Below the pieces are notes generated by a model. The model ran no database searches and was not told where the DNA came from. It saw only the letters and a list, made by a program, of their open reading frames with translations. A program made the position numbers and the translations under genes. A DNA stretch of 64,000 bases from a virus (taxonomy: Duplodnaviria; Caudoviricetes), in IMG/VR virus record IMGVR_UViG_3300007770_000001; one strand, 5' to 3'. This document shows positions 27,085-36,527 of this stretch, piece by piece; within the stretch, counting starts at the first letter, position 1; every line of letters starts with the position of its first letter.

Positions 27085-27536
27085 CCACTGAGCTCCCGAC
27101 GGAGGCGGGCTACTACCTGTTCATCGGGGACCGGGGAGATCATGAAGGGGGGCCCAGGGGTCGTGTCCCTGAGTTGGTCTGTGTCTTCTGGTATCGGGGA
27201 GAGGTCGGCGGGAGGCTCTCGTACGTGGGGTCTGACTTTTTCTTCCACCCTGAGAAGGCTCGAGGCGTCTGGCGTCGAGTTCAGGTGGAGGACATGAAGG
27301 AAGCGGAACTCGAGATGCAGCTCGACCGCTTCTTCGAAAAGGCCATGGCCAAGCTCGACAAGTACTCCTGGTACAAACGGGACCGCAAGAACCTCCGAAG
27401 TCTCCTCTCGGGGAACTCTGGAGACATCAAGATCTACGAGTCGGTATCTCCGCTCTCCATCGATGAGATCGTAGAGCGTGCTTTCCAGAGGGGTCTCCTC
27501 ACAGACGAGGTTTCCCAGGATAGCTCCAAGACGTAA
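27081..27536 (+). CDS. hypothetical protein
   Basis: ATGA overlap; ELPTEAGYYLF N-terminus. Confidence 0.65.
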   Translation: MTTELPTEAGYYLFIGDRGDHEGGPRGRVPELVCVFWYRGEVGGRLSYVGSDFFFHPEKARGVWRRVQVEDMKEAELEMQLDRFFEKAMAKLDKYSWYKRDRKNLRSLLSGNSGDIKIYESVSPLSIDEIVERAFQRGLLTDEVSQDSSKT

Positions 27537-27537
27537 C
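27510..27537 (+). promoter_or_regulatory. promoter-like motif copy
   Basis: GTTTCC-N14-GACGTAAC upstream of ATG 27546/27558. Confidence 0.7.
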
Positions 27538-27545
27538 GTCGGGGA

Positions 27546-29087
27546 ATGGAGACCCTGATGTCCGAAGCCCCCCAGGTCCTGTACCACTTCACGTCGCCTC
27601 TCTACGCGCCGATGATCCGGCAGCAGGGGATCCGGCGGGGAGACATCACTGTCTCCCTGGAGACAGGGTTCTGCGCTCCTTGTCTGACCGCGGACTCTTC
27701 CTGGGACAAGCAGAGCTGGACGCAGAACTCGACCCCTGGTTTCAACAAGGCCCAGACCCGGTTCCGGGTGGAGATCCCCTCGTCCGAAAGACATCGGCTG
27801 CGGTGGTGGAAAGACCTCCTCCGTGGGCACGGCGCGTCGGAAGAGTGGATCCAGAACCAGGCAACAGAGGGACACGAGCACTGGTGGGTGTTCCTTGGTG
27901 TCATCCCACCTGAGTGGCTCACTGAGGTCAAGGGGTCTCCGGGACACCCTGCGTGGGACTGGTCGATCCTCGGCGCGACCAGTAATCTGCGGACCCTTTC
28001 GTACAGAGGCAAACCTGGGGAACCTCGGGTCGGACGTGTTCGCTTCAAGAGCACGAACATCCGAGATGCTCTGGCTCGGATAGGGCATTGGCCTCTCCCG
28101 GACCGCCTGGTCCGAGGCGGGAATCCTCTCCCTTGGTCCAACATGCCGAAGGGTCTCCTTCGGGTCCTGATAGACGCCTCCGGACCGGAGGAGCGAGTCA
28201 CCGAAGGACTCCGGTGGGTTACCAGGAACCTCCAGGCCCATGCTTGGAAGCCCGACTACCTGGATACCATCCCCTGCTTCATGGTGGGAGTAGGTCGTTG
28301 GCTTCGGGGATCCCAGAAGGTCATTGAGATCACCCCCGCCGCAGCGAACACTCTCCTGGAGATCGCCCCTCGTTTCTCAGATCTCCCCCCGCCCTCCAAG
28401 GAGAACAACCTCGCGTTCCTCTGGGACGGGTTGGTGTATGGGGTCTGCCCCACCGTAGAGGAGAACGGGGAACGGGGTGTCAGTGTCTACGTATGGGAGA
28501 AAAAGGATGGCTGTTGGGAGGCGTATGCGCCCGCAGAGGATCCCGATCGGGTTTGGGTAGGCCCCCTCAAGTGGAATGCTCTGGACCAACTCCTTGGAAC
28601 TCCCAGCCCCTTGAAGGAGGTGTTTCAGGTCCTGGTCAACGCCTTGGCTGCCATGAACGAGAAGCCCAAGATCGTGGTCGGGAAGAGGAAGCCTCCCCGG
28701 AAGCGACGTCACCGCCGGGCTCCCCAGACCCCTGGGAAGAGCCTCATCCTCGACGAGAGTGGACTCTGCTTGGTCACCAAGAGGTGGGCCTTGTTGGACG
28801 CAGAGGTGGAAGCCGAGAAGCGTCGATTGGAGCAGGAACGGAAGAAGCCCTGTCTCCACACCGTAGAGCCCCACAACTACCGCGTCTGGGTGAACAAGCC
28901 TCTCCCCCACGAGAAGGCCATCGAGACTCGGGAGAAGGTCTCCTCCAAGGGGGTCCGCTACACCCAGTTCCGTGTTTGGCGGAAGCGGGGGAAGACAGGC
29001 CCCGACGGAAAGAAGATCGCCTTCTCCCGAGGATCAGACGTCAAGGAGAAGAAGTCTCGACTGAAGCGGGGCCCTGCCGACCTGTAG
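27546..29087 (+). CDS. multidomain protein with putative N-terminal ADP-ribosyltransferase-fold domain
   Basis: LYHFTS...IRQQGI...CLT...WWVFLGVIPPEWL; basic C-terminus with PCLHTVEPHNYRVW. Confidence 0.6.
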   Translation: METLMSEAPQVLYHFTSPLYAPMIRQQGIRRGDITVSLETGFCAPCLTADSSWDKQSWTQNSTPGFNKAQTRFRVEIPSSERHRLRWWKDLLRGHGASEEWIQNQATEGHEHWWVFLGVIPPEWLTEVKGSPGHPAWDWSILGATSNLRTLSYRGKPGEPRVGRVRFKSTNIRDALARIGHWPLPDRLVRGGNPLPWSNMPKGLLRVLIDASGPEERVTEGLRWVTRNLQAHAWKPDYLDTIPCFMVGVGRWLRGSQKVIEITPAAANTLLEIAPRFSDLPPPSKENNLAFLWDGLVYGVCPTVEENGERGVSVYVWEKKDGCWEAYAPAEDPDRVWVGPLKWNALDQLLGTPSPLKEVFQVLVNALAAMNEKPKIVVGKRKPPRKRRHRRAPQTPGKSLILDESGLCLVTKRWALLDAEVEAEKRRLEQERKKPCLHTVEPHNYRVWVNKPLPHEKAIETREKVSSKGVRYTQFRVWRKRGKTGPDGKKIAFSRGSDVKEKKSRLKRGPADL

Positions 29088-29769
29088 GCTTGCCCAGGAT
29101 CACCACCGTGTCTTGCTCCTGCAGCCTGCGGTCGCGCATGAACGCCTCGAACTGTTCCTCGTTCTCCTCCCTCGGAGGAGTGGAGAACAGGGGTCCGGGA
29201 ACGCCCGGGAAGAGAGGAACCATGTCCAGGTAGGCCAGTTCCATCTGCCGAGCCGTCGGGCGCTTCCAGATATCCTCGAGCTGCTTCTCTGTCCCGTTCG
29301 AAGCCAGGTCTCCGAACTTCTCCAAGAGCTCCTGCTCGAAGCTATCCCTCTCCTCCTGGGAAGCCTTGTCCCACCGAGACGGGTTGGGAACCTTCCAGGG
29401 ATGCTCCTCCTCCCGGACGAAGCTGGTCGGAGTCCACCACCGCGTGGAGCTCAGGGCCTTCTCCCAGCGCTCCTTGTTCTCGTTGGGATCCCGGAGATCG
29501 AGCTTGAAGACACCCGCGAAGATGTGGCGGACCCAGTCCAGCCGCCTCTGGATCTCAGCCTTGGAGACGTTGTCGTCGTCATCCTTGTGGCGCCCTCCCG
29601 AGTAGAGGGCCGTCGTGAGGTGGAGGGGGCGAAGCTGGACGTGGAGCTCCCCCTTCTCGATCTTCCCGTGCTCCTTCTTGACGAGGATACGGGCCTGGGC
29701 GTGACTCCACATACCCGCCCCTACAGTCTCAGTCCCGAACTGGTGGCACCAAGGTCCGGTCTGACTCAC
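29041..29769 (-). CDS. hypothetical protein
   Basis: 242-aa ORF directly downstream of the tail tube gene, same strand. Confidence 0.65.
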   Translation of the reverse strand: MSQTGPWCHQFGTETVGAGMWSHAQARILVKKEHGKIEKGELHVQLRPLHLTTALYSGGRHKDDDDNVSKAEIQRRLDWVRHIFAGVFKLDLRDPNENKERWEKALSSTRWWTPTSFVREEEHPWKVPNPSRWDKASQEERDSFEQELLEKFGDLASNGTEKQLEDIWKRPTARQMELAYLDMVPLFPGVPGPLFSTPPREENEEQFEAFMRDRRLQEQDTVVILGKPTGRQGPASVETSSP

Positions 29770-29782
29770 CTACTCAAGAGGA

Positions 29783-30535
29783 TCAGGAGAAAGTTCCCCC
29801 GAAAGCGATGCTGCCGATCTGGCCCACAGAGGGGTCATTGCCCAGAGACGAGAACTCACCGATCAGGCTGGAAGCGTCGTGGACGTCGGTGCACATCGCG
29901 TCAGCACTCTGGGTCACGAGAGCGGAGTCCCGCATGAAGCCGGAGTTCCCGCCGCCCGTCCACCAGCAGGCCTCATAGTAGGTGATCAGGACGTTGTGGG
30001 TGCCCTGGGTCGCGTCGACGGAGCTTCCCCCGAGGTTCCCCGAGTAGGTCAGGGTCCCGACGCCAGCCTGGGAGCCGTTCCCCGCCTGGATGCTGGAGCC
30101 GCCTGAGAACTCGAAGTCTGCGATGACGGAGAACACGATCTCCTGTCGGATGTCGAAGGGCCAGCGGTGGTGGCGCAGGGACCGCATCGGACCAGAGACA
30201 CCTGATGCGTACCCAGTGGCCTGCCACAGATCGCTCAGGTAGAGAAGCTGCCGCTCGAAGGAGAGGGACATTGGGTCAGTCACGCCGGGGACGAGCTCGG
30301 CGATGATATCCCCGAAGCCGATCCCCCGGACAGGCTCGACCGAGCGAGACTCAGAGGGAGTGAATCCTCCGAGAACTCCGATCTGATGGAGCACGTCGTT
30401 CGCCCCAAAGGCGGGGGCCAGGATGCGGACCTTCTGCGAGACGACCGACCGAGTGTTGGGCGATGTCCCGAAGCGATACAGGGGAGAGGTCCCCTGAACT
30501 CCGCCCTGCGGGTTGTGGTCGGTGTTGGATGCCAT
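29783..30535 (-). CDS. contractile tail tube protein (putative)
   Basis: IGVLGGFTPSESRSVEPVRGIGFGD.IAELVPG...PFDI...YEACW pattern; adjacent to the tape measure cluster. Confidence 0.7.
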   Translation of the reverse strand: MASNTDHNPQGGVQGTSPLYRFGTSPNTRSVVSQKVRILAPAFGANDVLHQIGVLGGFTPSESRSVEPVRGIGFGDIIAELVPGVTDPMSLSFERQLLYLSDLWQATGYASGVSGPMRSLRHHRWPFDIRQEIVFSVIADFEFSGGSSIQAGNGSQAGVGTLTYSGNLGGSSVDATQGTHNVLITYYEACWWTGGGNSGFMRDSALVTQSADAMCTDVHDASSLIGEFSSLGNDPSVGQIGSIAFGGTFS

Positions 30536-30595
30536 GGAAGATACCCTCCGTGTTCAGCCTCTTCCCGAGTATAGTGGCGCTATTGTGGAGAGCAT

Positions 30596-31621
30596 ATGGA
30601 CCTCAGCAGTCTCACCCAGGCCCTCAAGCCCCTGTCCCAGTTCGGACAGGACGAACTGGATTTCGAGGTCGACGGGACTGAGGTCCACCTACGCCCCCTT
30701 CTCCCCCGAGAGGAGGTCATCTGCCAGGAGCGCGCAGCGGAGATCCTGGCCCAGGCCAAGGAAGAGGAGCAACTCGAGGATAACGATGAGGTCACCAGAG
30801 CCCTCTCTCTGAAGTACTTCGACCAGTTCCGAGCTGAGGTCATCGGGTTCGCCCTGGTTCAGGTAGGCCCACACGACTTCCGAGGTCTCCAGGGCATCCA
30901 CACGGGAGAGGTGCTCGACAACGGAACGCGGGTTCAGGTTCCCCTACAGCGCGCCCTCCGAGACCTGATTAACAAGACTTGGTCCCGGGCGATGCTCACT
31001 ATCTGCTTCGCCAAGTACGGGGACCTGGTCACCAAGATTGCCGAAAAGGCTGACCGCATCGCCCGAGAGTCGATTTCCGATCTGGACGAGGAGGTCGAGC
31101 GCCTGGAGCGCCGTCTCAAGGCGGTCAAGGAGGAGCGGGCGAAGCGCGCCAAGGGAGATCCCAGCGCAACGACCCAGCAGATCCAGAACCTGGTGTCCGC
31201 GGGAGAGGCGCTCCAGAAGGATGTGGATGCGGCTATCCAAGCATCCCAAGAGGACCGCCGCCTCGCCGAGGAGATCCGCCAGGCAGCCCAAGAGGATACC
31301 CCTCCGGAGCCCGAAGCTCCCAGCGAGGTTCAGGTGCGCCCGCCTGCTCCCCGGCGCCAGAGCGTCGTCCCAAAGAGAGCCCCTCCTCCTACAGCGCCCC
31401 CAACCCCGTCCCCAGAGGATAGGATCAGAGAGGCACAGGAGCAGGCAGACCTGATCGTCGGAGCCAGCGATCCCCTGACGGTGGTCGGAGAGGGGCCCAG
31501 GCAAAGGGAGGTCATCTCGGGACGTGCAGACTCGGGAGGCCGGGGGATGAAGGACGTCAAGGTCCGAACCAACCAGCCAAAGGGCGGGGCGGAGAACCCA
31601 CACTTCAAGCGCCGGGGATGA
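30596..31621 (+). CDS. putative tail assembly chaperone
   Basis: Position between tube and tape measure; FEVDGTEVHLRPL; coiled coil. Confidence 0.6.
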   Translation: MDLSSLTQALKPLSQFGQDELDFEVDGTEVHLRPLLPREEVICQERAAEILAQAKEEEQLEDNDEVTRALSLKYFDQFRAEVIGFALVQVGPHDFRGLQGIHTGEVLDNGTRVQVPLQRALRDLINKTWSRAMLTICFAKYGDLVTKIAEKADRIARESISDLDEEVERLERRLKAVKEERAKRAKGDPSATTQQIQNLVSAGEALQKDVDAAIQASQEDRRLAEEIRQAAQEDTPPEPEAPSEVQVRPPAPRRQSVVPKRAPPPTAPPTPSPEDRIREAQEQADLIVGASDPLTVVGEGPRQREVISGRADSGGRGMKDVKVRTNQPKGGAENPHFKRRG

Positions 31622-31624
31622 GGT

Positions 31625-32851
31625 GTGGATCGAGAGGAATTCCTCAAGGCGCTCAATGAGGCAAACGAGGACAGCCTACTCCTCGAATCCCAGGCCCGCC
31701 GGTTCCTGTACCGTGATGTAGAGACCTTGGTTGGGGAGGGCTTCCTTCACCACACCTTGATCCTGGGACAGCACTCGGTCACTCTCAGGACTCTCTCCCC
31801 CAGGACGACCCTTCTCCTGAGAGCGCGAGCCCAAGCAGGAGACCTGTATCGATGGACCATAGCGTCCTCGATCTGGCTGATCGACGGATGTGAGGTGCCG
31901 CCCCACCTTATACCTCACGTGTACAGATCATGGATCAAGGACCTCCATGTCGCGTACGCAGACATCCTCCTGTCCTGCGCGAACGGGCTCCGTAACAGGT
32001 TCTCCAGGGCCTTGAGGCTCGTTGAGGCCTACTGCTACGAGCCATACTCCAGGGGGCTTTGGAGGATGCTTGGGAAGCCCTGTACAGGGCTCGAGGACGC
32101 CAACGCCGTCCGGCGGATATGGGTCGCCTACAACCTGAGTGAGGATCTCAACCAACAGGACATAGAACGTTGGAGCCACACCCAAGCTCTGGTTTCGGCA
32201 CTCACGAGCAAGGGAGGGAAGAAGCTCCGGAACGCAGTGACTCGGGATCAGGAAAGGGAGAAGGAACGGCGCCAGAGGGTGATCGAGGACGCTGTGAACT
32301 GGGTAATCCGTGGGGATGAGGAGGCCCAGAAGGTCGTCGTAACCATCGACGGTCAGGACATCGAGGTGAAGCGGGTGGTATCCCAGAGGAGCACTAAGGA
32401 TCTCCTCGAGGAGATGGACCGTGTCAAGTCAGGGGAGATCGATCTACACGACGCCCTCATCGCCCAGTACCACAAGGATGTTCGCAGGGAGATCCAGGGC
32501 CGAAGGGACGCCGTCGCGGAGAAGATCAGAGCAGCACAAGAAGCCGTCGAGCAGGCAATCGATGTAGGCAGGCCCTCCTTGGTCGGATACACACCAGAGC
32601 AGCTCAAGGAGCTCCGTCCGGGGATGGCAGACCGCCCCCGGACCACCGCTACTATTCCTGGGTCGCAGAGGGTGAATCATGTCTACGACCGCTACATCCA
32701 GCCTGACTTGAAGCCCGGACAGATCACCGTAGATCGCCGAGTTGAGGAGATCGGGACTCAGCCCAAGCAGGCAGATAGGCCCTCCCTGCAGGAGCAGATC
32801 GCGAAGAGGAACCCCCGTCTACATCAAGGGCCCCCGCAGAAGGAGCAGTGA
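31625..32851 (+). CDS. putative second tail assembly chaperone-like protein
   Basis: Immediately upstream of the tape measure gene; same frame as the previous gene. Confidence 0.6.
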   Translation: MDREEFLKALNEANEDSLLLESQARRFLYRDVETLVGEGFLHHTLILGQHSVTLRTLSPRTTLLLRARAQAGDLYRWTIASSIWLIDGCEVPPHLIPHVYRSWIKDLHVAYADILLSCANGLRNRFSRALRLVEAYCYEPYSRGLWRMLGKPCTGLEDANAVRRIWVAYNLSEDLNQQDIERWSHTQALVSALTSKGGKKLRNAVTRDQEREKERRQRVIEDAVNWVIRGDEEAQKVVVTIDGQDIEVKRVVSQRSTKDLLEEMDRVKSGEIDLHDALIAQYHKDVRREIQGRRDAVAEKIRAAQEAVEQAIDVGRPSLVGYTPEQLKELRPGMADRPRTTATIPGSQRVNHVYDRYIQPDLKPGQITVDRRVEEIGTQPKQADRPSLQEQIAKRNPRLHQGPPQKEQ

Positions 32852-32890
32852 TCAGGCTATCTCCCTCCCTATCGGCAGGATAGGATTCCC

Positions 32891-35800
32891 ATGCTCAACC
32901 TGAAAGCCATCGTAGATCTTGTCGTCGGGACCGTCACCCGTGGGCGAGAGGCAGAGCGGGAGATCACACGGATGACTGGGGAGGCCACCGAAGAGGGGGT
33001 CATCCGCGGAATGACGGCCGGAACCAAGAAGGCCCAGGAGAAGCTCTACAAGACATACGCCCAGCTGGGCAAGGTCGGGATGACCGAGGCGGCCAAGACC
33101 CTTCGCTACGAGGTGGACAGGGCCAACAAGGACCAGCTGGAGACCCAGAAGAAGATCTCCGACATCCGGAAGAAGCTCAAGAAGACGGACAAAGAGGAGG
33201 AGAAGGAGATCCTCCGGATGCAGGAGGATAGCCTCAAGTTCCAGCTGGCGGCACAGCACGAGGCTCAAGAGAAGCTGATCGATCGAGCCATGGGCGCCAC
33301 CAAAGATCGCGTAGCTCTCATGGAAGCCGCCCAGAAGCGCATGGATCGGACCCAGGACCAGGTCTGGAAGGACCGTTCCGACGGGTTCCAGAAGAGCATC
33401 CAGAGCGCGCTGTCCATGGACAGGCTGGACCCGTCCAACATAGCAGAGGGGCTCATGAAGGGTCTCTCAGGAGTGATGGACGCCAAGGCTGGGAAGATGA
33501 TGGCCTCTGGCGCCGGAGGTACGGCAGCGGGAGCGGCTGGGATTGCCAAGCTGACGGCCGCTGCCGGAACCCTGGCCGCCGCTGCGGGAGGTCTCGCCGC
33601 CTTCTTGGCAGTCCTGGGAGCCGCCTATGGGCAGACCAAGGATCTGAACAAGGCTCTGATGGAGGGTGTTTCCGCCGCCGACATGTATGGGGCAGGGGCT
33701 GTCAGCCTGGGAGCAACCCTGGGTGATCTCCGGAAGGTGTCAATCGGCCTCGCCGGAGACTATCGGTTGACCAAGGAGGAGGTGCTCGGCGCCATCACAG
33801 CGTTCAATGAGGCGGGCGTCACCCTTGGTGAGATGAGAGGGATGGTCACTGAGACCACCATTGACATGGCCAAGTACAAGACGATCACGGAGATGGCCAT
33901 CCGGGCGACCCAAACTCTGGGTCTGTCCTTCTCCGATGTCGCGGACTTCACCAACAAGATGAACCGGGACCTGGGAGCCGGCCTGGATTCCGTCCAGGGG
34001 GCCTTCGGCATGATCGCCGAGGAAGCCGGCAAGGCGGGGATGAACACCAAGGACTTCTTCGCAGCCATCAACAACGCGACCTCAGGCATGGCCCTGTACA
34101 ACTTCCGTGTCGGGGATACGGTGGGGCTGTTCTCGGACCTGGTCAAGATCCTCGGCGAAGACTTGGCCAAGGAGAAGATCGGTCTCGAGGGAACGTTCCG
34201 TGGGATGGGAATGCAGGAGCGGTTCAAGAGCCAGATGCTGATGGGCCGGGGCCGGGCTTCCGGGATCGTTCGTGCGGATGCTGAGTCCCAGGGAGAAGCC
34301 TTCGCGGACAAGTTTGCAGGGAAGCTCTCCGGAGACCCCGCTTTCAAGGGGCTGTTCTCCGCGGACGGTCGGTCCATGGATATCGAGGCCCTCTCCAAGA
34401 TGACAGGCGAGGAGTTCCGCGCCGCTTATGCTTCTGCCCAGAAAGCTGATCCTGCTGCCGCACGTCAGTTGTTCTCTCTCCGGGGACTCGCCCAAGGAGC
34501 CACCGGTGGGGGCATGGCTGCTGCGGGAGCGCTCGGGCATCTTTCCAAGACAGGAGAGCTCGCGGCCCAGCTGGCCCAGGGAGCCGCGTTCCGAGGAGGA
34601 GGGGAGACCCCGCTTGCTGAGCTCACTGGCGTGAACCGGATGATGATGGAGGAGGTCACAGGACTGACTGGAGAAGCTTTCGACCAGCTGGCCCTCCTGG
34701 AGACGGGACTCCGAGCCGAATACGAGGCCAAGGGTGGGAAGGAAGTCCTGGGGGACTTCTACGATGCATTGGCCGCTGGGGAGCTCAGCGGAGGAGCAGA
34801 GCTTGAAGCCCTCGGGGAGCTGAAGTTCTCTACCATGGAACGGATCGCCAAGGAGCAGCTGGAGGAGACTCGTAGCTTCTCCCAGGAGCTCAGTAACGTC
34901 ATCGCCGGGCTCCTTGAGCAGATTGCCAGCGGCATGGAGATGCTGGTCGGGATCATGGGCGACGATGAGCATTCGAAGAAGATCGAGGCCCGCCGCGCCA
35001 GTGTCGGGGAGTCCCAGAGGATCGGAGACGAGATCGCTGTGCTGGACGAGAAGCTCTCCGAGCTCAAGCAGAAGCAGGTCACCTCTGCGGATGGGGAGGA
35101 GGTTGCTGCATTGGGGAAAGAAATCTCCCGCCTCCAGGGACAGCGTTCCGGTCTCTCCGCCCAGGGGGACGCCCAGTCCCGGTTCCAGAGGAACCTTTCC
35201 TTGGGGATGACAGCCCAAGAAGCGATGGAAGCTACGTTCTCCGATGAGCAGAAGTCCATGGTGGACTACGGAGAGAGCACCTACGCCACTCGCACCACGA
35301 AGCGTATGGGAGAGATGCATACGGAGACCTATGCAACGTCTTCCCCTGAGTTTGACAAAGATCGGATGACCCCAGAGAAGATCTCAGAGATGGCCTCCGG
35401 GATCACAGACGCAGAACAGGAGCAGAAGCTGCGCGACGAGGAACAGCTCAAGCTCCAAGAGAAGCAGCTCAAGGAGGAGAAGAAAGGGTTCGATGCTGTC
35501 GTTGAGAGTGTAGAGAACGCCCAGAAACGGGAGGCCCTGGCCGAGCTTGGGTCACAGTTCGGCTACAAGGCAGTCCAGACGGCCCACCAGACCGGGGACT
35601 GGACCTCGGTGGTGGCCAACGCCCGGAAGGGGGGTCTCACCATGGAAGAGAGCCAAGCCCTGGCCTTGGGTGGGGCAAGCACCGACCTTCTGTACAATCC
35701 CATGGCCAACGACTTCATCTACCGGGGAGACGGTCGGTCCGGAAACATCACGCCCATCAACAAGTCTGACGAGTTCTTCGGTGCGAAGCCGGGAGGTCCG

Positions 35801-35929
35801 ATTTCCCAGGGGATGGGGAACAAGAGCGTCACCATCAACATCAACGGAGGGGACATCAACAAGGTGAAGGAGGTGGTCACCAAAGTGCTCCTGGACACCG
35901 GCTACCCGAGCATGAAGTCCTATGGCTGA
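32891..35929 (+). CDS. tape measure protein
   Basis: 1012 aa, Ala/Gly-rich helical and coiled-coil, followed by baseplate genes. Confidence 0.8.
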   Translation: MLNLKAIVDLVVGTVTRGREAEREITRMTGEATEEGVIRGMTAGTKKAQEKLYKTYAQLGKVGMTEAAKTLRYEVDRANKDQLETQKKISDIRKKLKKTDKEEEKEILRMQEDSLKFQLAAQHEAQEKLIDRAMGATKDRVALMEAAQKRMDRTQDQVWKDRSDGFQKSIQSALSMDRLDPSNIAEGLMKGLSGVMDAKAGKMMASGAGGTAAGAAGIAKLTAAAGTLAAAAGGLAAFLAVLGAAYGQTKDLNKALMEGVSAADMYGAGAVSLGATLGDLRKVSIGLAGDYRLTKEEVLGAITAFNEAGVTLGEMRGMVTETTIDMAKYKTITEMAIRATQTLGLSFSDVADFTNKMNRDLGAGLDSVQGAFGMIAEEAGKAGMNTKDFFAAINNATSGMALYNFRVGDTVGLFSDLVKILGEDLAKEKIGLEGTFRGMGMQERFKSQMLMGRGRASGIVRADAESQGEAFADKFAGKLSGDPAFKGLFSADGRSMDIEALSKMTGEEFRAAYASAQKADPAAARQLFSLRGLAQGATGGGMAAAGALGHLSKTGELAAQLAQGAAFRGGGETPLAELTGVNRMMMEEVTGLTGEAFDQLALLETGLRAEYEAKGGKEVLGDFYDALAAGELSGGAELEALGELKFSTMERIAKEQLEETRSFSQELSNVIAGLLEQIASGMEMLVGIMGDDEHSKKIEARRASVGESQRIGDEIAVLDEKLSELKQKQVTSADGEEVAALGKEISRLQGQRSGLSAQGDAQSRFQRNLSLGMTAQEAMEATFSDEQKSMVDYGESTYATRTTKRMGEMHTETYATSSPEFDKDRMTPEKISEMASGITDAEQEQKLRDEEQLKLQEKQLKEEKKGFDAVVESVENAQKREALAELGSQFGYKAVQTAHQTGDWTSVVANARKGGLTMEESQALALGGASTDLLYNPMANDFIYRGDGRSGNITPINKSDEFFGAKPGGPISQGMGNKSVTININGGDINKVKEVVTKVLLDTGYPSMKSYG

Positions 35930-36527
35930 TCGGCCGATCTTCACAGGAGCGTTCCCTGCCGGGGAGGAGGATGAGTTCTCCGGGCGAGGGGTCCGCCCCG
36001 TGGTGTTTGATATTCTGGGCCCGGACTGGGAGACCTCAATCCTCCCCGAGGGGGTCCGGTTGGTCCTCCATGTCAACCCAAACTCGATGACCATCAAGTG
36101 GACTCGCTCGGTCGTGCGGATCCAGACCAAGTCAGGGTTCGTAGAGCAGCACTTCGGGGACAACGCGCAGAACATCGACTTCGACGTCGCTACGGGCGGG
36201 TTCAAGAGGCTTTACACAGGGCTCACCAGCACCACTTCTCCGAACCAGACGGGAGGAACCCGTCGCGAGACCCTCTCCTATGACAGCTACCTTGACCTGT
36301 TGGCTTTGTTCCACAACAATGGCTCTGTGTACGACGCCGCAGGACAGGTGGTTCTCCAGGGGATTATCAAGGTGATATTTGACGGCGGTGTCTATTTCGG
36401 TTGGTTCGATACATTCAACGTGACGGAAGACGCCAACAAGCCGTTCCAGTTCACCCTGACGGCAGCTATGACGATCTCCCATGAGAGCCAAGTCTGGCGA
36501 ACCGCAATCCAGTTGGGGGACTCCTGA
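35922..36527 (+). CDS. baseplate tube-initiator-like protein (gp48/gp54 class)
   Basis: LHVNPNSM...RIQTKSGFVEQHFG...F.G.F..F.VTE.A..PF pattern. Confidence 0.6.
   Translation: MADRPIFTGAFPAGEEDEFSGRGVRPVVFDILGPDWETSILPEGVRLVLHVNPNSMTIKWTRSVVRIQTKSGFVEQHFGDNAQNIDFDVATGGFKRLYTGLTSTTSPNQTGGTRRETLSYDSYLDLLALFHNNGSVYDAAGQVVLQGIIKVIFDGGVYFGWFDTFNVTEDANKPFQFTLTAAMTISHESQVWRTAIQLGDS

Noticed and set aside
26661-28241. 526-aa minus-strand ORF
   Set aside because: Overlaps several promoter- and SD-supported + strand genes; composition is not protein-like.
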